DNA of 64,000 nt from an uncultured Chloroflexia bacterium. Its GTDB lineage: Bacteria; Chloroflexota; Anaerolineae; Anaerolineales; UBA4823. Below are positions 1 to 8,322 of this stretch, one piece after another. The position numbers and the translations under genes were made by a program. Numbering within the stretch: the first letter of the stretch is position 1; each line of letters begins with the position of its first letter. The notes beneath the pieces are model-generated. The model was not told the origin of the DNA and ran no database searches. It saw nothing but the letters and a program-made list of their open reading frames with translations. The stretch lies in assembly GCA_963849335.1 (NCBI GenBank), contig CAWKGZ010000012.1, positions 336,542 through 400,541 of the forward strand, written 5' to 3'.

Positions 1-1152
1 CTGGGAGCGCCCCAGGCGCCCCAGGAAGAGGTAAGTCGCCGGCGCTACCAGCATGTAGCGCGCCATGCTCTGGGCTGAGCCACTGAACACGGACAGCAGG
101 AGCACACCCAGGCTGAACAGTGCCACCCCCGGCGCCCGGCGCAGCAGCCATAACGCGGCAACCAGCGCCAGTAGGATGGTGAATACTTCAATGCCGAAAT
201 ACACCAATCCCTGTCCACCGATGCCCTGGTTGTGGGTATACTCATAGGCGCTCTTCCAGCTACCGAGCGAGTTTTCCAGGGTCATCAGGCCGCGGCCAAA
301 GTAAAAAGACTGCAGCTCAGCCCAGCCCTGGCCCAAGGTAGAGTAGCGCCAGAGCAGGTAAGCGCCCAATGGCAGAAAGGCGCACAGCAGCTGGGCCCAC
401 CATTTCCAATTCAACTGCTTGAACAGCGGCTTTTTCCAATCCAGCGCGGCCAGGCAAGCCACCATCAGGGGCAGGATCAGGGCGGCCCCATGAGCGCGGG
501 TCCAGGCAGCCAGAGCTGCCAGCAGGGAGGCCCACAGCCACTGCTTACGCCGGGTAAGCGCCAACGACCAGAATGCCAGCCCGATGAACAAACCTTCGGT
601 GTATACCTGCGCCAGGAAGAAACCGGTGGGAAAGATCAAGATGTAGAAGACGGCGCGCAGCCGGCCGGATTCATCAAGGGTTTCACGCCCCAAATCCCAC
701 AAGGCAATCAACCCGGCTAATGTGCCCAGCAGGGCGACCACCACGCCTGCCAATGAGCTTGTGGCGATGGGGTTCAATCCGAAGATCTGCAGCGGGAACA
801 TGAACGCCTTCATGACATAGGGGTAGAGCGGAAAGAAGGAGTAGTTCTTGATCACCGTCTGCCCGCTAGCCGGGTTTACCACCGTGCCAGCCTCGGGGTC
901 ATCGTAGCCACCGACGGCAATACCGACATAGTATTCCGAGTCCCAGGCCACCTGGCGATTTAGGAATGGCTCCAGCAGGTAAATCTTGCCGCGGTTGGCA
1001 ATGATGGTCGTCTCTTTTTCAGTCCAGCTTACCGCATAGTCCGGTCTTTTGAGGATAAGACGTTCGCTAACCAGGTATTGGAAGCCGTACAGTAACAGGA
1101 ACCATCCCAGCCAGATGAGGGTGATGATGATCAGGGGGCGTTTGTTAGACAT
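1..1152 (-). CDS. polytopic membrane protein, GT-C / PIG-V-like glycosyltransferase fold (3' end runs off the window)
   Basis: Absent from the ORF track because it is open at the left edge. The reverse-strand reading from ATG at 1152 (AGGAGAAG RBS at 1156-1163) gives MSNKRPLIIITLIWLGWFLLLYGF... with no stop down to base 1. It has many TM segments and a YSFFPLYPYVMK motif typical of bacterial PIG-V/DUF2029-type mannosyltransferases. Confidence 0.55.
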   Translation of the reverse strand, partial: MSNKRPLIIITLIWLGWFLLLYGFQYLVSERLILKRPDYAVSWTEKETTIIANRGKIYLLEPFLNRQVAWDSEYYVGIAVGGYDDPEAGTVVNPASGQTVIKNYSFFPLYPYVMKAFMFPLQIFGLNPIATSSLAGVVVALLGTLAGLIALWDLGRETLDESGRLRAVFYILIFPTGFFLAQVYTEGLFIGLAFWSLALTRRKQWLWASLLAALAAWTRAHGAALILPLMVACLAALDWKKPLFKQLNWKWWAQLLCAFLPLGAYLLWRYSTLGQGWAELQSFYFGRGLMTLENSLGSWKSAYEYTHNQGIGGQGLVYFGIEVFTILLALVAALWLLRRAPGVALFSLGVLLLSVFSGSAQSMARYMLVAPATYLFLGRLGRSQ

Positions 1153-1175
1153 ATTCTTCTCCTAACTAGAGGGAG

Positions 1176-2492
1176 TTATGGCAGAACCAGTAAGGTGATG
1201 GACTGCCCCGGCAGCGAAAGTGCCTCTGCCTGCAACGGTTGGGTGCCCAGATTTTCAGCATTGTGCTCTGCATCGAATCGCCAGACTTCGGCGCTGTCCG
1301 GCGCCTCACCGGCAATCTCCAGAGCGACGGTCTGCTCATCGTCTGCAAGGTTGATCACCATCAGGGTCAGCGCCCCGTCGGCGCGTTGCGCGGCGTAGAT
1401 GGATACATCCTCTACGCCCGAAGCGGCATATACCTGCTTTTCCCCGAACTGCTGGTAGATCATGAACACGTAATAGGATGGGCGTACTTCGCCGCGGCTG
1501 ATGATACCCCAGCCGCCCTGGGCGCCAGTGCTGACGATCAGCCAGTGGTTGATCATATACACCCGCTGGTTGATCATGCGACCGAGCACATCCGCCCACC
1601 AGATGGCGTTGTAAAACGAATCCGGGGTGGCCTCGCCCTGGATGGTTTTAGACCAATGCGTATTGATCTCGGTCACGGCAATGGGGATGTCGCGCCCGGT
1701 AATCTCCTGGATCAGCCCGCGCAGGTAGGGGATGATTTGATCCCATTCCGAGGTATTTTGGCGTAGCTCGTCAATGGTCACCGGCGTTCCGCTGGTGCCG
1801 CGCGGGAATGGGTAGCGATGAATGGAGACGATGTCCACCAGGTCGCCGTTGGCGCGCAGGAATTCGGTCATCCAATCCTTGCCTTGCGAATCTCTCGGAG
1901 TGGATGCCAGGTCAGCCGCATACTGGTGCAGCTCCGGCCCGATCAGTTGGATCTCCGGGTCAACCGCCAGCATGGCCTCGGCGATGGCGCGCCATTCCTG
2001 GTTGAAGCGCTCGGTGTCGTAAGGCTCCTGCAGGAAATCCGCGAACAGGGTGGGCTCATTGCCAATGCTCCAGAAGCGGATGCCGTAGCCCTTTTCCAGG
2101 TTGGCATAGCGCACCAGCTCGGCCGCTGCCTCCGGCGTACCCTCCATCAGACGCACGCTGATGCTGGGTTCGGCGCCGATCTGTTGGCAGAAGGTGACAA
2201 ACTGGTCAATTTGATACCCCTGCAGGTTGTTGCGGTCACCCCAAGAGCCGCCCGGCCAGCGCACCACGGTGATGCCGGCCTGTTCGGTGGCGGGCATCAT
2301 GTCAAAAGGTACTGCCACCCACGGCCCATAGTTGGAGCCATAGATAAACGGGCTGATCTCGCCCAGCTGGCGCTCAGGGTCAACGTATAAGCTGCCCGGT
2401 TGGGCGGTCGGGGCGGGTGCGCTGGAACTATCTCCGCAGGCAGAGGCCAGCAGGGCCAGGAAGATGAAGGCAAACAAGATGCGTTTAGACAT
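1176..2492 (-). CDS. secreted lipoprotein glycoside hydrolase (clan GH-A, (beta/alpha)8)
   Basis: 438-aa ORF with a lipobox signal (FLALLASACG). WSIGNEP acid/base motif and VTEINTHW nucleophile-type motif. GAGGTGA RBS. Confidence 0.7.
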   Translation of the reverse strand: MSKRILFAFIFLALLASACGDSSSAPAPTAQPGSLYVDPERQLGEISPFIYGSNYGPWVAVPFDMMPATEQAGITVVRWPGGSWGDRNNLQGYQIDQFVTFCQQIGAEPSISVRLMEGTPEAAAELVRYANLEKGYGIRFWSIGNEPTLFADFLQEPYDTERFNQEWRAIAEAMLAVDPEIQLIGPELHQYAADLASTPRDSQGKDWMTEFLRANGDLVDIVSIHRYPFPRGTSGTPVTIDELRQNTSEWDQIIPYLRGLIQEITGRDIPIAVTEINTHWSKTIQGEATPDSFYNAIWWADVLGRMINQRVYMINHWLIVSTGAQGGWGIISRGEVRPSYYVFMIYQQFGEKQVYAASGVEDVSIYAAQRADGALTLMVINLADDEQTVALEIAGEAPDSAEVWRFDAEHNAENLGTQPLQAEALSLPGQSITLLVLP

Positions 2493-2725
2493 GGTTCACC
2501 TCACTCATGAAACCGGTTACATTGACGCTACCCCCTGTTATACAACAAAAAGACGTTTTTGGGTACTGGTTCAGGCTGTTTTGCTGACCGCCATTCTTAT
2601 CTCCAGGGGAGAGGGGTGAGGGGTTAGGGGTGAGGGAATGCAAAGTCTTGGCGAGGCTGATATAATGGGTTTAATGTGCCCGGTTGATCAACCGCTGGTT
2701 GGCACATGGTCAGGAGGCAATCATT

Positions 2726-5428
2726 ATGAAGAACCCATTTTCCATCCTGCACTCCTTTTTTACCCCACCGGCGTGGGCTGTTGCTGCGCCGGAAACCATC
2801 CCGGCTCAAGAGTTGCGCATGCTCAGCACCAGCGGATCGGGGAAAAAACCGGTCGTGCGCGCCGAACGCAGGCGCCCGGCTGGTCCAGGTGGGGCTAAAC
2901 CGACCGGGCGCGCCGAAGCGCCGGTGCGCCGCCGGCCCGCCCAGCCGCAGCAGCCCACTTCCAGCGGCTATTCCCAACCGGCAGAGGACAGCAGCTATTC
3001 ACAGCCATCCTACGGGGACAGCTCCACCGGATCCTCGCTGCCCAGCTTTTCCTCCGGTTCCGGCGGCTTGGGCGGGCTGGGCTCGCTGCTGGGCCTGCTG
3101 GGTAAGTTACCGAAGACAGTGCTGATCATCGGCGGCATCTTCCTGTGCATTGCAGTGGCTTGCTTTGCCATCTTCATCTTGCCGCAGCTTTCGGGCGGGC
3201 TGAGCGACCTGGTAGGCAGCGGCAGCGTACCAGAAGACCAGACCGGGTATGAGCAGCCCGCCACCGGTGACCAGGGCGAACAACCAGTCTATGACCTACC
3301 CACGGCGGAGGCAGCTTACGAGCAGCCCAGCGCGGAACCAGTCACTCTGCCCCAGCCGGGCACTTATGCCAGCGATGACACCTGGCTGGTGATGCTCTAC
3401 CAGGATGCGGACGATAAGATCCTGGAGCAGGATATCTATGTGGATCTGAACGAGGCCGAAAAGGTTGGCTCGAGCGCCAACGTGCACATTGTGGCGCAGA
3501 TCGACCGCTACCAGGCCGGCTACCAGGGGGATGGCAACTGGACCTCTGCTCGCCGCTATTATGTCACGCAAGACAACGACCTGAACCAGGTTAGCTCGCA
3601 GATGGTGCAAGACCTGGGCGAGGTGAACATGGCCTCCGGGCAGACGCTGGTGGACTTCGTCGCCTGGGCCATGGGAGCCTACCCCGCTGACCACTATGTG
3701 CTCATCCTATCCGACCATGGCATGGGTTGGCCGGGCGGCTGGAGCGATCCGACCGCTTCGGGCCGCGGCGGGGCGACCCTGCCACTGGCTTCGGTATTGG
3801 GCGATGTACTTTACCTGAATGAGCTGGACCAGGCGTTGGGCACGATCCGCAGCCAGACCGGCCTGGATGCCTTTGAGCTGGTGGGCATGGATGCCTGCCT
3901 GATGGGGCATGTCGAGGTGCTGACCATGCTGGCCTCCCACGCCCGCTATGCAGTTGTCTCGCAGGAAACCGAGCCGGCGCTGGGCTGGGCGTATGCCGCC
4001 TTCCTGAGCGAGCTGGCTGCCAACCCAGGAGTCAGCGGGGCAGAATTGGGCCGCTTCATCGTGGAGAGCTACATCCAGGAAGACCAACGCATCTTGGATG
4101 ACGTCGCCCGCGCCGAGCTTGCCGGGGGCGGCTCACCGCTGTTGAGCCTGTTTGGCGGCACGGCAAGGACGCCATCCGCCGAGCAGGTCACTCGCCAGAT
4201 GATCCAGAACGTCACCCTGACCGCGGCCGATCTGAGCCAGGTACCGGCGCTGGTGAACCAGCTCAACGCACTGGCCTATTCACTGCAGAACATCGACCAG
4301 CGCGCCGTGGCCCAGGCGCGCAGCTACAGCCAGTCCTTCACCAGCATCTTTGGGAAGGAAGTGCCGCCATCGTACATCGACCTGGGTCACTTCGCCCAGC
4401 AGCTGGCGCAGGCGAACAGCAGCCTGAATCAATATGCTGACGGGCTGGTGACAGCGCTGGACAATGTGGTGATCGCCGAGATGCACGGACCCAAGGTGCC
4501 AGGCGCGAACGGCCTCTCCATTTACTTTCCCAACTCACAGCTTTACCGCTCCGCTAACGCCGGGCCGCAATCTTACAATGCGGCTGCCAACCGCTTTGCC
4601 GCGGCGTCGCTGTGGGACGACTTCCTGGCTTTCCACTACACCGGGCAGACCTTCACCCAGGCTACCGGCAGCATCGCCCTGCCGCCAGATGCCAGGGATG
4701 TGACAGCCCCGGCGGCTGGCAACCTGCAGGCCACTCCAATCCAGCTCTCGGATGATAGCGTCGCCCCAGGCGATGCTATCCTGCTCAGCAGCGACATCCA
4801 GGGCACCAATGTGGCCTATGTGCGGCTGCTGGTCGGCTACCTGGATACAGCCAACAACTCGATCCTGGTGATCGACGGCGATTACCTGCAGGCCGCCCAG
4901 ACGCTCGAACTGGACGGGGTGTATTACCCGGATTGGGGCAGTGACACCTTCACCCTGGAGTTCGAGTGGGAGCCGCTGGTATTTGCCATCAATGACGGCA
5001 CAAACTATGCCCTGGCATACCTGTACCCGGAGACTTACGGTGCCTCAGCGGAAGAAGCGGTCTACACCGTGGAGGGTATTTACACCTTTGCCGATGGCGG
5101 CGAGCAGCGCCAGGCCCGCCTGTACTTCAGCAACGGCATCCTCCAGCAGGTGTTCGGCTTCAGCGGCGATGGCAGCACCGGGGCGCCACGCGAGATCATC
5201 CCGCAGACCGGCGACAGCTTCACCATCCTGCAGCAATGGATGGACCTGGACGCGCAGGGCAACGTGGTGGAGACAGTGTGGCAGGAAGGCGATACGCTTA
5301 CCTTCGGCAGCCAGATGTTCTACTGGGAGCAGCTCTACGCCGCGCCCGGCGATTATATTGTTGGGTTTATGGTGGACGACCTGGACGGAAACTCGACCGC
5401 GGTCTACGCCTCGGTGACGGTGCGTTAG
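2726..5428 (+). CDS. membrane-anchored clostripain-like cysteine peptidase (family C11)
   Basis: LILSDHGMGW (catalytic His) and LVGMDACLMGH (catalytic Cys) motifs. Start moved to the ATG at 2726, which sits behind a CAGGAGG RBS. The N-terminus is Pro/Ser/Arg-rich low-complexity sequence followed by one TM helix (IIGGIFLCIAVACFAIFIL). Confidence 0.8.
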   Translation: MKNPFSILHSFFTPPAWAVAAPETIPAQELRMLSTSGSGKKPVVRAERRRPAGPGGAKPTGRAEAPVRRRPAQPQQPTSSGYSQPAEDSSYSQPSYGDSSTGSSLPSFSSGSGGLGGLGSLLGLLGKLPKTVLIIGGIFLCIAVACFAIFILPQLSGGLSDLVGSGSVPEDQTGYEQPATGDQGEQPVYDLPTAEAAYEQPSAEPVTLPQPGTYASDDTWLVMLYQDADDKILEQDIYVDLNEAEKVGSSANVHIVAQIDRYQAGYQGDGNWTSARRYYVTQDNDLNQVSSQMVQDLGEVNMASGQTLVDFVAWAMGAYPADHYVLILSDHGMGWPGGWSDPTASGRGGATLPLASVLGDVLYLNELDQALGTIRSQTGLDAFELVGMDACLMGHVEVLTMLASHARYAVVSQETEPALGWAYAAFLSELAANPGVSGAELGRFIVESYIQEDQRILDDVARAELAGGGSPLLSLFGGTARTPSAEQVTRQMIQNVTLTAADLSQVPALVNQLNALAYSLQNIDQRAVAQARSYSQSFTSIFGKEVPPSYIDLGHFAQQLAQANSSLNQYADGLVTALDNVVIAEMHGPKVPGANGLSIYFPNSQLYRSANAGPQSYNAAANRFAAASLWDDFLAFHYTGQTFTQATGSIALPPDARDVTAPAAGNLQATPIQLSDDSVAPGDAILLSSDIQGTNVAYVRLLVGYLDTANNSILVIDGDYLQAAQTLELDGVYYPDWGSDTFTLEFEWEPLVFAINDGTNYALAYLYPETYGASAEEAVYTVEGIYTFADGGEQRQARLYFSNGILQQVFGFSGDGSTGAPREIIPQTGDSFTILQQWMDLDAQGNVVETVWQEGDTLTFGSQMFYWEQLYAAPGDYIVGFMVDDLDGNSTAVYASVTVR

Positions 5429-6715
5429 CCTTCCTCCAGCCGGCGGGCGATCCCCTGCCCGGCCAGCCAGCCGGTGGTCCAGGCATTCTGGAAGTTGAAG
5501 CCACCGGTCAGACCATCGACATCCAGCGCCTCTCCGGCGAAATACAAGCCGGGGAGGCGCTTGCTTTGCATGGTTTTAAAATCTACCTCATCCAGACGCA
5601 CACCACCGCAAGTAACAAATTCATCCTTGAACAGCCCTTTGCCCTGGATCGTGTAGCCTCCCTGGGTCAGTTCCTCTGCCAGGCGGCGCAGGCTTATTTT
5701 AGAAACATCGGCCCAATTCTGCCCAGGGGAGATGCCGGCGGCCTTCACCAGGCGCTGCCACAGGCGCAGCGGCAGTTTACCAAACAGGGCGTGCAGGAAC
5801 GGCTTCTGGCGAGCGCGCACCGGGTTAGATTTATAGGCCTGAAGGTCACCCAGCACCATGTCCAAATCGCGTGGATACACCCAGTTGATGGCCAACCCGG
5901 CATGGTAACCGCGCTGATTAAGCCGAGCGCGCTCCCCAGGCTGACAGGCGCAGCACCACTGGCCCGCTCAGCCCGGTGTGGGTGATCAACAGCGCCCCGC
6001 TTTGCTGCCCGCCCGGCAGGCGGGGTGGCTCACCGCTCTCATCCAGCAAGGTCAGCCCGGCAGGCGCAACCGATACGCCCGCCAATTCGGAAAGCCGGGG
6101 GTCAGCGATGGTAAAGGTAAACAGGGACGGCACAGGTGGCTCGACAGTATGCCCCAGCTCGGCTGCCAGCCCCAGCGAGGTATAGTCGCCGCCGGAAGCC
6201 AGAAGCAAGCAGTGCGCCAGAACTGGCAGGGTTTCAGCCTGCCCCATGGGCCGGACATGCAGCGTGAAAATCGACTCGCTCGCCTCAACAGCAGAAACCG
6301 TATGCTGTGTCCACAGCACCACGCCCGCCTGTTGGGCAGCTTGCACCAAGCAGTCAGCCACAGACTGTGCAGAATCCGAGGCAGGGAATATGCGCCCATC
6401 CGCTTCGGTTTTCAGCGGTACGCCGTGCGCCTCAAACCAGGCGACAGTATGGCGCGGCTGGAAGCGGCTGAAGGCCGAGCGCAAGGCAGCCGCGCCGCGG
6501 GGATAAAATTCCACCAGGCGGGCGGGTTCATAGCAGGCATGGGTCAGGTTGCAGCGCCCGCCACCCGAGATGAGCACCTTGCCCAACGGGCGGCTGGATT
6601 TCTCGATGATGAGGATGCGCAGTGGACGGGAGGAATGCTCAGCGCAGGTGATGGCGGCGAAGAAACCCGCCGCCCCGCCGCCTACAATTACCAGGTCCCA
6701 TACGACAGTTGTCAT
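5425..6715 (-). pseudogene. HI0933-family FAD-dependent oxidoreductase (aminoacetone-oxidase-like), interrupted by one frameshift near 5918-5925
   Basis: The N-terminal fragment (5918..6715) carries VIVGGGAAGFFAA and GGGRCNLTH. The C-terminal fragment (5425..5895) carries GGFNFQNAWTTGW. The C-terminal reading frame continues upstream as LNQRGYHAGLAINW right after ...SAWGARS, so the two fragments are one gene split by an indel. Confidence 0.75.
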
Positions 6716-6719
6716 CTTA

Positions 6720-7094
6720 TCAAGAGTGGCTGAATTTATCCAAAGTTTCCTGCCCCCCGAATTCGGCTGTCACGATCTCAATAATCCTGGCATAGAGAAC
6801 AGGTACATCTTGCGTGGCCGTTTCCCAAACAATCTGCCACATAATTGCAAAATACTCATGAACAGCGATATTGCGAAAGCCAATAATATCCTGCCACTCA
6901 ATCTCTGGATGGCATTGCTTAAATTCATCTGGCAGGTGTGCAGCCGCCTCACCAATAACGGTAAGTTTTTGTAAAACACCGCTTTGCCGCAACTCGTCAT
7001 TCAGGAATCCATTTTGATCAACCGGCTCAATGAAGCGTTGAATTGCTTCTGATGCTTCAAGGATATCAAGCAGGTACAACTTTTCAGGCCGCAT
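6720..7094 (-). CDS. hepT: HepT-like (DUF86) RNase toxin
   Basis: RNIAVHEY matches the Rx4HxY HEPN motif. I prefer the ATG at 7094 (MRPEKLYLLDIL) over the GTG at 7109. The gene is paired with an upstream MntA-type nucleotidyltransferase. Visibly more AT-rich than its surroundings. Confidence 0.8.
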   Translation of the reverse strand: MRPEKLYLLDILEASEAIQRFIEPVDQNGFLNDELRQSGVLQKLTVIGEAAAHLPDEFKQCHPEIEWQDIIGFRNIAVHEYFAIMWQIVWETATQDVPVLYARIIEIVTAEFGGQETLDKFSHS

Positions 7095-7387
7095 AGATTT
7101 CTTGGGCACTTGCCATGAACCTCATCACGAATGGCTGGTTTCAATCCCTCCTGAGGAACCAGATCAACTGATCTTCGAAAGATCAGGGATAGTTCGCGTT
7201 TCATCCTGCCCAGGGTCATGAAGCTCACCCTGGCGGCAGGGTCAAAGCTGATTAAAACATCTACATCACTATCAGGTCTGAAGTCATCTCTCACCACAGA
7301 GCCAAATAATGCCAGCCGCCTCACCTGATAACGGCGGCAAAAACTTTCAAGGCTTTCTTTTGGATAACTTACCTTAGGTTCACTCAT
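7001..7387 (-). CDS. mntA: MntA-type minimal nucleotidyltransferase antitoxin (C-terminus apparently frameshifted near 7117)
   Basis: LALFGSVVRDDFRPDSDVDVLISF matches the GSxxR...DxD NTase motif. ATG at 7387 after a GGAG RBS. After ...AIRDEV the +1 frame reads MASAQEIYAA-stop (TGA 7084-7086), overlapping the hepT ATG. The current frame instead runs on to 7001. Confidence 0.75.
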   Translation of the reverse strand: MSEPKVSYPKESLESFCRRYQVRRLALFGSVVRDDFRPDSDVDVLISFDPAARVSFMTLGRMKRELSLIFRRSVDLVPQEGLKPAIRDEVHGKCPRNLCGLKSCTCLISLKHQKQFNASLSRLIKMDS

Positions 7388-7563
7388 TCTGTGCTCCAAG
7401 AAATAACTATCAGGCACATAGCAAACTAGTCCTTGATATCTTGAGTACATTTTACCAGAATTGTATTTACCAGGTGATAGGCAACGTTAGAACGTTTACG
7501 TTCCAACATGCAACGTTATGTGACTTATGTCACTTGCCAGGCAGGGGATTCGGGGGTATTATT

Positions 7564-7582
7564 GCTAATGATAATTATTCTC
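7564..7582. promoter_or_regulatory. Fur box upstream of fur-feoABC
   Basis: GCTAATGATAATTATTCTC matches the 19-bp consensus GATAATGATAATCATTATC at 16 of 19 positions. It lies 12 bp upstream of the fur start codon. Confidence 0.65.
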
Positions 7583-7593
7583 AATAGGCATCA

Positions 7594-8031
7594 ATGAACC
7601 ATCCTACCCCACTCCAATCTGTAATCCATTCCAGAGGGCTGCGCGCCACCCGCCAGCGGCAGTTGGTGCTGGATGTGCTGCAGCACAACCCCGGACACCT
7701 GGATGCCGAAGCCATCCACGACGAGGTGAAAGCCATTGACCCGCGCATCAGCCTGGCGACGGTTTACCGCACCCTGGCACTGTTAAAGAGCCTGGGGCTG
7801 GTGGCTGAGCACAGCCTGGGTGAAGACCACGGTCATTTTGAGGCTGCCCCTGCCGCCCCACATTACCACTTCACCTGCCTGCAATGCAAGCGGGTGATCG
7901 AATTCGAGGCCCCGGCAGTCATGCAAATCGTGCGCGGGCTGGCTGAAAAGGAAGGGCTGCAGGTCACCGAAACTCACCTGACGCTGAGCGGATACTGCCG
8001 GGATTGCCGCCCGGTCGAGGAGACAGGTTAA
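7594..8031 (+). CDS. fur: Fur-family metalloregulator
   Basis: RATRQRQLVLDVL winged-helix region, HHxxCxxC...CxxC zinc sites (HYHFTCLQCKRVIEF, CRDC). It is the first gene of an feo operon. Confidence 0.85.
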   Translation: MNHPTPLQSVIHSRGLRATRQRQLVLDVLQHNPGHLDAEAIHDEVKAIDPRISLATVYRTLALLKSLGLVAEHSLGEDHGHFEAAPAAPHYHFTCLQCKRVIEFEAPAVMQIVRGLAEKEGLQVTETHLTLSGYCRDCRPVEETG

Positions 8032-8322
8032 ATGCTGTTCAAACATCACCGCCATCACCATGCCCGGGTCGAGCACAGCAGTTTCAGTCAAGAACTGCCT
8101 CTCAGCCAACTACCAGCCGGAGTGGCAGCCCAGGTGGTACAAGTCAGCGGGGGGCATGGGCTGGTCAACCGCATCGCCTGCCTGGGATTCACCCCTGGAG
8201 CAGAGGTAACCCTGCTGCAGAATTATGGCCGTGGACCGCTGATCGCCTCGGTGCGCGGTTCGCGCCTGGCACTGGGCCGCGGTGAGGCCGAACAAATCCT
8301 GGTAAAGGTGCTCGAAGCATGA
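8032..8322 (+). CDS. feoA: FeoA-domain protein with His-rich N-terminus
   Basis: SH3-like FeoA signature (LGFTPGAEVTLLQNYGRGPLIASVRGSRLALGRGEA). N-terminus is MLFKHHRHHHARVEH. The ATG directly follows the fur stop codon. Confidence 0.85.
   Translation: MLFKHHRHHHARVEHSSFSQELPLSQLPAGVAAQVVQVSGGHGLVNRIACLGFTPGAEVTLLQNYGRGPLIASVRGSRLALGRGEAEQILVKVLEA

Noticed and set aside
232-720. 162-aa plus-strand ORF, and neighbours 45..245 and 317..541
   Set aside because: It lies antisense to, or out of frame with, the membrane glycosyltransferase-like gene (1..1152, minus). The composition is Gln/Pro/Gly-rich, typical of shadow ORFs in high-GC DNA. It has no RBS.
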